Source: Candidatus Woesearchaeota archaeon
GTDB taxonomy: Archaea > Nanobdellota > Nanobdellia > Woesearchaeales > JAFCFN01
DNA length: 64,000 bases
NCBI GenBank assembly: GCA_017608625.1
Contig: JAFCFN010000002.1
Coordinates: forward strand, 28,099 to 92,098
Reading direction: 5' to 3'
Position 1 is the stretch's first letter; every line of letters begins with the position of its first letter. Below are positions 58,107-64,000 of the stretch, piece by piece. The notes beneath the pieces are model-generated. The model saw only the letters and a program-made list of their open reading frames with translations. It was not told the DNA's origin and made no database searches. Position numbers and translations under genes: made by a program.

Positions 58107-58631
58107 TTAGAATAGTTTAAGAAAACCTTTTAGTACTATTCCATTTATTAAATTATTTTTTAATTCTTTTGGAATTTTTTTTGTGTCTTGCTCAAACATG
58201 AGATGTATTTTTTTACCAAATTTTTCCTCAAATTTTCTTAAGTCTATTTTTCTTTCTTTTCCAATAATAAAGATGTCTATATCAGACGTTTCAATTGATT
58301 CCCCCTTTGCGTAAGAACCATAGAGAACAATTGCATCTGGAGAAATCTTTTCCCATAACTCATCAACCAATCCAGCAATATTAAGTTCATAGATTATACT
58401 TATTTTTTTGTAAAGAATGAATCTTTTGTTTTCTCTATTTGCTTGATAAAATGGGATGCCTCTTTTCTCATATCTTTTGATTAGTTCTTCTTTCTCAAAT
58501 TCTTTAAGATAGTTTATGACTGATGGCGGAGATATCTTGCTAAGCCTACTTAATTCTCTCAGCCTAAAACTATCTGTTGGAAAGTCCAGAAATATTTTCA
58601 AAAGCTTATACTTGTTATATTTTTCTAACAT
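58107..58631 (-). CDS. HTH-fused minimal nucleotidyltransferase (MNT)
   Basis: N-terminal HTH (LRELSRLSKISPPSV) and GSYAKG...SDIDIFII. Confidence 0.88.
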   Translation of the reverse strand: MLEKYNKYKLLKIFLDFPTDSFRLRELSRLSKISPPSVINYLKEFEKEELIKRYEKRGIPFYQANRENKRFILYKKISIIYELNIAGLVDELWEKISPDAIVLYGSYAKGESIETSDIDIFIIGKERKIDLRKFEEKFGKKIHLMFEQDTKKIPKELKNNLINGIVLKGFLKLF

Positions 58632-58656
58632 ACGTTATATAATTATAACAAATGTT
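58627..58656. promoter_or_regulatory. Palindromic operator-like site over the MNT start codon
   Basis: AACATACGTTAT-ATAATT-ATAACAAATGTT, arms 10/12 complementary. Confidence 0.55.
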
Positions 58657-58670
58657 TAAAAATTTTTCGA

Positions 58671-58838
58671 TTATTTCTTCTTTTGCCAGTTGTATTTCCT
58701 TAACCTAGAACTTTCACCATAGCCACAAGAAGCACATTTCTTTTTTCTTATATGGTATGTTCTTTTACCACACCTTCTACATCTAATCATATTCTTTTTT
58801 CCAGATTTCTTACCCATAGAAGGAGTTCCTTTAACCAT
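58671..58838 (-). CDS. rpl37e: 50S ribosomal protein L37e (not in ORF track)
   Basis: [55 protein letters not shown]. Confidence 0.95.
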   Translation of the reverse strand: MVKGTPSMGKKSGKKNMIRCRRCGKRTYHIRKKKCASCGYGESSRLRKYNWQKKK

Positions 58839-58852
58839 TTTCTACCAAAGAC

Positions 58853-59074
58853 TTATTCTGGAGAGATTATTGTTATTGTATCTCCTCTAATAAATACTGA
58901 ACCAAGCTTTCTTGTTATTTTTCCAGCTTCTCTCTCTTCTGCATCTTCCAAAACAATGTTAATATGGATGTCAAATGCTTTTAGTTTTCCTATGAATTGT
59001 TTGTTATTCTTTAGTTCAACAACAACTCTTTTATCTCTTGCTGCATTCAACATATCTAATGGTCTGTTTTCCAT
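58853..59074 (-). CDS. Sm-like (Lsm) RNA-binding protein
   Basis: GKLKAFDIHINIVLEDAEE (Sm1) and FIRGDTI (Sm2); upstream of rpl37e. Confidence 0.95.
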   Translation of the reverse strand: MENRPLDMLNAARDKRVVVELKNNKQFIGKLKAFDIHINIVLEDAEEREAGKITRKLGSVFIRGDTITIISPE

Positions 59075-59211
59075 CTATACACCCCCTAAAAACAAAAAAC
59101 ATAATTGAAAATTATTTGTTTATTTATAAATCTTTTCAATTAACAAACTGTATTTAGAATAAAGTTGTTAAAAGGAAAGATATATAAAGAAGCTGAGTAA
59201 CTTCCTGGATT

Positions 59212-59589
59212 ATGATAACTCAAAGAAGATCTAAAAGAAAAGTAAGTGGCGGAAGATACAAAAAAGATAGAAAGAAAAAACTGTCAGAAATAGGCAGAAC
59301 ACCTTCTCTAACAAGAATTGGAAAAACAAGAGTAAAAAAACTAAGAGTAAGAGGAGGGAATCTAAAATTCAGGTTATTCTCAACAGATGTTGCAAATGTT
59401 TTTGACCCTAAAACAAAAAAATATTCCAAAACAAAGATTCTCTCTGTTGTTGAAAATCCTGCTAACAGACACTATACAAGAAGAAATATTATGACTAAAG
59501 GCACTATAATTGAAACAGAACTTGGAAAGGCAAGAATTACCTCAAGACCAGGCCAGGAAGGCAATATTAATGCTGTTTTGATAAAATGA
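59212..59589 (+). CDS. rps8e: 30S ribosomal protein S8e
   Basis: RVRGGN, VVENPAN and ITSRPGQEG motifs. Confidence 0.97.
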   Translation: MITQRRSKRKVSGGRYKKDRKKKLSEIGRTPSLTRIGKTRVKKLRVRGGNLKFRLFSTDVANVFDPKTKKYSKTKILSVVENPANRHYTRRNIMTKGTIIETELGKARITSRPGQEGNINAVLIK

Positions 59590-59852
59590 AAGAACTTATT
59601 GCCTTGTTAATGAAAAAGATTCCAGAGGTTAAACAAGACAATATCTTTAACTTTGTTCTTTCAATCATTAAGGAGAATAATATAGCAGATTTGGATCAAT
59701 TAAAAAGCTATTTGAATACTGATATTGGTTTTTGCCAAAGATGGTTGGATGAAAACAGAGAAGGACCAACAATAAACACAATAAGAAGGGAGTATGCAAA
59801 AAAACTGGCTAATCTAAAAGCTGCAAAAGAGTTAATTGATAACTACTTATAA
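59586..59852 (+). CDS. Hypothetical protein
   Basis: 88-aa ORF, ATGA-coupled to rps8e. Confidence 0.6.
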   Translation: MKELIALLMKKIPEVKQDNIFNFVLSIIKENNIADLDQLKSYLNTDIGFCQRWLDENREGPTINTIRREYAKKLANLKAAKELIDNYL

Positions 59853-59893
59853 GTAACGAAAAATTTATAAATAAGTATAATTTCTATTTCTGT

Positions 59894-60700
59894 ATGAAAC
59901 AAGAAAATTTGTTTATTTTTACTCCTCAAGGAATTTTTCCTAATCCAACTCTTAATTTTGAACCTATTCATAGAAAAAATTTTGGATTCCAAAGAAATTA
60001 CATAGATGATTGTTTCAGAGAGGATGTGCCTTACTATAACAAAAATCATAATCCTTATTCTGCTAAACAACTTTATTATGGTATGAAAAATACAGGCTAT
60101 AATCCTCTGCTTTATGATTTGCTCAATTTTAATGAGATAACAGCATTAATGATAGAAGTATGGAAAATCAAAAAGAAATGGGGTCCTAGGTATAGATATT
60201 ATGGTGATTTTCTTTGGAAGGAATTAAAAAAAGATCCTGATAAATTTTTCTCACATTCTTTTACAAAAGGAGATATCAGAAGCAATGAGTATCAAAATTA
60301 TTTGTATGTAAAAAGGAGATATAATTTCTTAAAAAAATTTGACTCTGTTCCCCTAGAAAAAAGATTATATGAATTGATTACCAGAGGCAGTATAAGACTA
60401 AATAGATGGAAAAGTGAAGGATTAATACAAATCAGAGATAAATATAAACCAAAAAATAACATTATTAATCCTTATCCGAGAGGTATAAGATTAGAAAAAA
60501 GACTTTCTTTCTTGGATGATTATGCAAAAGGTCTATTTAGAGCTAATTTAGAGGAAGACAGAAAAGATCCTCGTAAGGAAAAGGAGCCATACTCTGATGG
60601 TGATTTCTCAATACCATATACCTCAAGAGAAGCAGCAGAAAGAATTTTTGGTATTGCAAAAAGATGGGAAGAAGAATATCAAAAAGAGAAAAATAAATAA
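59894..60700 (+). CDS. Hypothetical protein
   Basis: 268-aa Tyr/Lys/Arg-rich ORF; no family recognised. Confidence 0.6.
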   Translation: MKQENLFIFTPQGIFPNPTLNFEPIHRKNFGFQRNYIDDCFREDVPYYNKNHNPYSAKQLYYGMKNTGYNPLLYDLLNFNEITALMIEVWKIKKKWGPRYRYYGDFLWKELKKDPDKFFSHSFTKGDIRSNEYQNYLYVKRRYNFLKKFDSVPLEKRLYELITRGSIRLNRWKSEGLIQIRDKYKPKNNIINPYPRGIRLEKRLSFLDDYAKGLFRANLEEDRKDPRKEKEPYSDGDFSIPYTSREAAERIFGIAKRWEEEYQKEKNK

Positions 60701-60725
60701 TCTCTTTTCTTTTCTTACTCTCAAA

Positions 60726-61349
60726 ATGAATAAACTTATGAGAGTATACAACAAACTGCTCGAATATTTTGGTAGGCAAAACTGGTGGCCAACTATTTCT
60801 AAGAATAGGAGATTTGAAATAATAGTTGGAGCTATATTGACACAAAACACATCTTGGAGGAATGTTGAAAAAGCAATTAAGAATCTGAATGATGCTAATT
60901 TAATTAGTGCTAAGAAATTATCTAAAGTTAATACTAAAAAACTTGCTTCTTTGATAAAGTCAGCAGGGTACTATAATCAAAAAGCTGAGAGATTAAAGAT
61001 AATTGCAAAATTTTTGCTGAAGAATAAAAACCCAACAAGAGAAGAATTATTAGATGTAAAAGGGATTGGACCAGAAACAGCAGATTCTATTTTATTGTAT
61101 GCTTTTAACAAACCTGTTTTTGTTATTGACGCTTATACAAAAAGAATTATGCAAAGGCTTGGTTATAAGCAAGAAAGTTATGAGGAATTGCAAAGATTAT
61201 TTGAGAGCAGTTTGCCTAAAAATTACAGATTATTCAATGAGTATCATGCTTTATTGGTTGAATTAGGTAAGCATTATTGTAATAAAAAACCAGTATGCAA
61301 GAATTGTCCTATTAAAGATTTGTGTAAGACTAGAAAGATTAATAAATAA
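60726..61349 (+). CDS. Endonuclease III-related HhH-GPD glycosylase with 4Fe-4S motif
   Basis: GAILTQNT, KGIGPETAD, VIDAY and C-N-K-K-P-V-C..C-P-I..C; start placed at MNKLM. Confidence 0.9.
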   Translation: MNKLMRVYNKLLEYFGRQNWWPTISKNRRFEIIVGAILTQNTSWRNVEKAIKNLNDANLISAKKLSKVNTKKLASLIKSAGYYNQKAERLKIIAKFLLKNKNPTREELLDVKGIGPETADSILLYAFNKPVFVIDAYTKRIMQRLGYKQESYEELQRLFESSLPKNYRLFNEYHALLVELGKHYCNKKPVCKNCPIKDLCKTRKINK

Positions 61350-61383
61350 AAAGAATAAATATATTTAAAAAAAGAGGTGTGTA

Positions 61384-62139
61384 ATGGATATTAGTCTTGC
61401 TTTTATCTTAGTATTGTCTGTTCTTGTGTTAGGAGTGGTGGGAAAGGTTGTGAAGTGGACATTCAGAATAATTAGTTTAATATTTTTAATAGGTTTTGTA
61501 TTAAGTTTAGTTTTGGGTTTTTTTGTTTACAAGGATTTAACTGATCTAAAAGAGAATTGGCCAGATTCTGATAAACTTCTTTTGTTGGCTAATGACAAGA
61601 TATATGCTGGCATGATAACGACATTTGGAGAGGGGAAAGAACCTGTGTTTGTTGAAAATTTAGAGGATTATCAAACTGCTTATCAAAATAAAAATTATGA
61701 AGTGCTTTTGGGTTCTAATTATAAGCTGTTTATTTTTAAGTTAAGTATGTTTGAGAAGAGTAGTGAGGAAATTGAATTTGGTGATGCAAGAATTAGTCAG
61801 CAAGTAATTATTAATGCTATAGAAAGTGATGATCCATATGAGTTTATTGCCAGTGATCTGATCGAAAAAGGAGAGATTAGTTCAAAAGAAAACTGGAAAT
61901 CAGATATGATTAAAGAGATTGGAGATATTGTTAAATTTAAAGGAATACTATTTGGGATGCTTCTGCAAAATGAAATGGCAAAAGATCCCTTATTTATATT
62001 TAAACAATATAATCAAAGAAATGTTATAATTTATCCAGAGAGTATCTCCTTCAAACTAATTAAAATTGTTCCTTTTTCCTTAATGGAAGGGGTTACTAAA
62101 AAAGTTATTGGAGGAGTAGAAGAAAAATTAATACAATGA
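61384..62139 (+). CDS. Hypothetical membrane-anchored protein
   Basis: Two N-terminal TM segments; 251 aa; GAGGTG SD. Confidence 0.7.
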   Translation: MDISLAFILVLSVLVLGVVGKVVKWTFRIISLIFLIGFVLSLVLGFFVYKDLTDLKENWPDSDKLLLLANDKIYAGMITTFGEGKEPVFVENLEDYQTAYQNKNYEVLLGSNYKLFIFKLSMFEKSSEEIEFGDARISQQVIINAIESDDPYEFIASDLIEKGEISSKENWKSDMIKEIGDIVKFKGILFGMLLQNEMAKDPLFIFKQYNQRNVIIYPESISFKLIKIVPFSLMEGVTKKVIGGVEEKLIQ

Positions 62140-64000
62140 GAAAAATAATATATTTGATTATCTTGCTAACCTGTATAACTTCTGTTGTAGCTGCTGAAGA
62201 AAAATTGATTTTTGATAACTGGATTTTTTCTGAACAAAGTGTTTATGTTAATAATCAGGTTTTTTATTTCTGGATAACAGCTGGCCAAACAGAGATAACA
62301 GTAAGATATGATGATGTTTATTTGAATGTTGACAGAGGAGAGTGTAAAATTAAAGATTATATAAAAATATGTTATAATGAGAGCGAGTATGATGTTAAGG
62401 AAAGAGAGTATAAAGCTAAAGTCAAGATATATTCACTAAAGCCTGATATAAAAATAACTAGGACAATTGATAAAAGCTCTTTCTTAATAGGAGAGGAGGC
62501 AACAATTAATGTTGAGATAAAGAATGATGGAGGAAAAACAGCTCAGAATGCATATTACAGAGAGAGTTTTCCTTCTTTTATCGAGATAACAGATGTTGAT
62601 GGTGGAGAAGTAATTGGATCAACAGTTGTATGGGAAGGAAGCATTAAAAAAGGTGAAACAAAAGAATTAAAATATGTAATCAAATCAAGTAAAGAACTAG
62701 AACAGCAAATAAAAGCAAGATTTGAGTATTTTGATGGTTTAATAAACAGGACTATTTATTCTAGTGCACTTAAGTTAAATATTAAGCATTTCCTTGATAT
62801 AAATGCTGTTGTTAGTGAGGATGTTATTGTAGGAGGGGAGGCAAATCTAACTCTTAATTTGTCAAATAAATATGAAAAAAAAATAATTATTAACTCCTTA
62901 CAACTAGACATTCCTAATAGCTTGGAGATTCTAAAATATTCAAGAGGAATTGAAAAGAAGGGTAACTCTCTTCTATGGGAAGGAAGCATTGATGAAGGAA
63001 AGAGTGTTGAATTAAAATTCAAATTTGATACAAAAAGGGTTGGGATCAATACAATATTTATTACAGCAAATATAAGTTATGACGATAAAACTGAAGTAAT
63101 AACAAAAAAAGTAGATTTGGTAGTAAAGAATATTGATTTGTTCATAAACACAAACCTTGAGAATAATGAAGCTTTAGAAGCAGGTTATGAAAAAAGATTA
63201 AAGATTTGGGTACAGAATCCTAATCCTTATTTAAATTTCACAAATATTAAAATTATTGTTGACACAAACCTAACTTACATAGCTCCAGTATTCATAGATC
63301 TATTGAATTCAACAGAGCTAAAGAAGATTATTGATTTTGTGTTTATTGCTCCAAATATTACAAAAACTACAAACTATCCTTTTAAAATAAAAGCTATATA
63401 TAACACGCAATATGGAGATATTTTTACAGAGGAATTAGAGGTTAAAAATTTGAAAGTAGAGCCTATAACTCCTCTAACAATAACTCATTCTTTCTCAAAA
63501 AGTAAAGTAGAAGAAGATGAGGAGATAAGACTAACTGTTAAAGTTAAGAATAATAGAAATGTTGATCTAAAGATGATAAATGTATATGATAATTCTTCTG
63601 TGCTTTTGTTGAAAGAAGGGGTTTCTTCTGCTTTAGTTGATATTAAAGCAAAGAAAACTGTTACTGTTTATTCATATTTAATCACTGCTCCTAAAGTAAA
63701 AAATGAAACTAAATTTGCTATTACTACAACAGCAGATTATGAGTTTGATGGTATTGATTATAGAGATAGAAAAACAAGTTACTTAACTGTTGTTCCTAAG
63801 AGGATTAAGATAAAAGTTAGCAAATCTATTGACAAAGAAGATAAGTATTATGCTGGCCAGATATTGGATGTGGATTACACTATAACTAACACAGAAGATG
63901 AAGCTGTAAAAGACATTATAATTTATTTTCCAAAACAAAAAGAGTTTGATGTTATTGGAAAAGAGTTTTACTTCTTTGAGAGCTTGAATCCAGGAGAAGA
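62136..64000 (+). CDS. Large secreted DUF11/Ig-like repeat protein, 3' end outside window
   Basis: Signal peptide MRKIIYLIILLTCITSVVAAEE; repeated 'I.I.R.IDKS.F..GEEA.I.V.IKN' type modules; no stop seen in the parts I translated. Confidence 0.75.
   Translation, partial: MRKIIYLIILLTCITSVVAAEEKLIFDNWIFSEQSVYVNNQVFYFWITAGQTEITVRYDDVYLNVDRGECKIKDYIKICYNESEYDVKEREYKAKVKIYSLKPDIKITRTIDKSSFLIGEEATINVEIKNDGGKTAQNAYYRESFPSFIEITDVDGGEVIGSTVVWEGSIKKGETKELKYVIKSSKELEQQIKARFEYFDGLINRTIYSSALKLNIKHFLDINAVVSEDVIVGGEANLTLNLSNKYEKKIIINSLQLDIPNSLEILKYSRGIEKKGNSLLWEGSIDEGKSVELKFKFDTKRVGINTIFITANISYDDKTEVITKKVDLVVKNIDLFINTNLENNEALEAGYEKRLKIWVQNPNPYLNFTNIKIIVDTNLTYIAPVFIDLLNSTELKKIIDFVFIAPNITKTTNYPFKIKAIYNTQYGDIFTEELEVKNLKVEPITPLTITHSFSKSKVEEDEEIRLTVKVKNNRNVDLKMINVYDNSSVLLLKEGVSSALVDIKAKKTVTVYSYLITAPKVKNETKFAITTTADYEFDGIDYRDRKTSYLTVVPKRIKIKVSKSIDKEDKYYAGQILDVDYTITNTEDEAVKDIIIYFPKQKEFDVIGKEFYFFESLNPGE

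Noticed and set aside
1-64000. Stop-codon reassignment or selenoprotein recoding
   Set aside because: Conserved genes are full length under the standard code, and TGA, TAA and TAG all end genes at expected positions

Overview
AT-rich (about 30% GC) archaeal chromosomal segment, standard genetic code. Gene content and the divergent 16S point to a DPANN archaeon, most likely Woesearchaeota-like (inference; no search was run). It is mostly housekeeping: proteasome/exosome cluster, ribosomal proteins, RNAP subunits K and F, Cbf5, Lhr, a Rad50-like ATPase, aIF2-gamma, FtsY, LonB, Kae1, GINS, S-layer protein and one 16S-tRNA(Ala)-23S operon with no linked 5S. The unusual signals are mostly non-coding. 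(1) All 7 tRNA genes are interrupted, with 14 BHB-type introns, and every one has an intron at T-loop position 59/60; two of these introns are homologous, and one tRNA is the rare Ile(UAU). (2) A small structured repeat occurs four times: twice between a Shine-Dalgarno motif and its ATG (rpl31e, DUF655), once upstream of rrp4, and once in reverse orientation as most of the tRNA-Leu T-loop intron. (3) xerA has a dif-like site directly upstream and is followed by two winged-helix genes and a 650-bp non-coding region with an 11-bp array, an 89% AT tract and five helically phased repeats, a candidate non-Orc1 origin or partition locus. Several degenerate or truncated enzymes and an HPr fusion are also present. 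No CRISPR array or transposase was seen.
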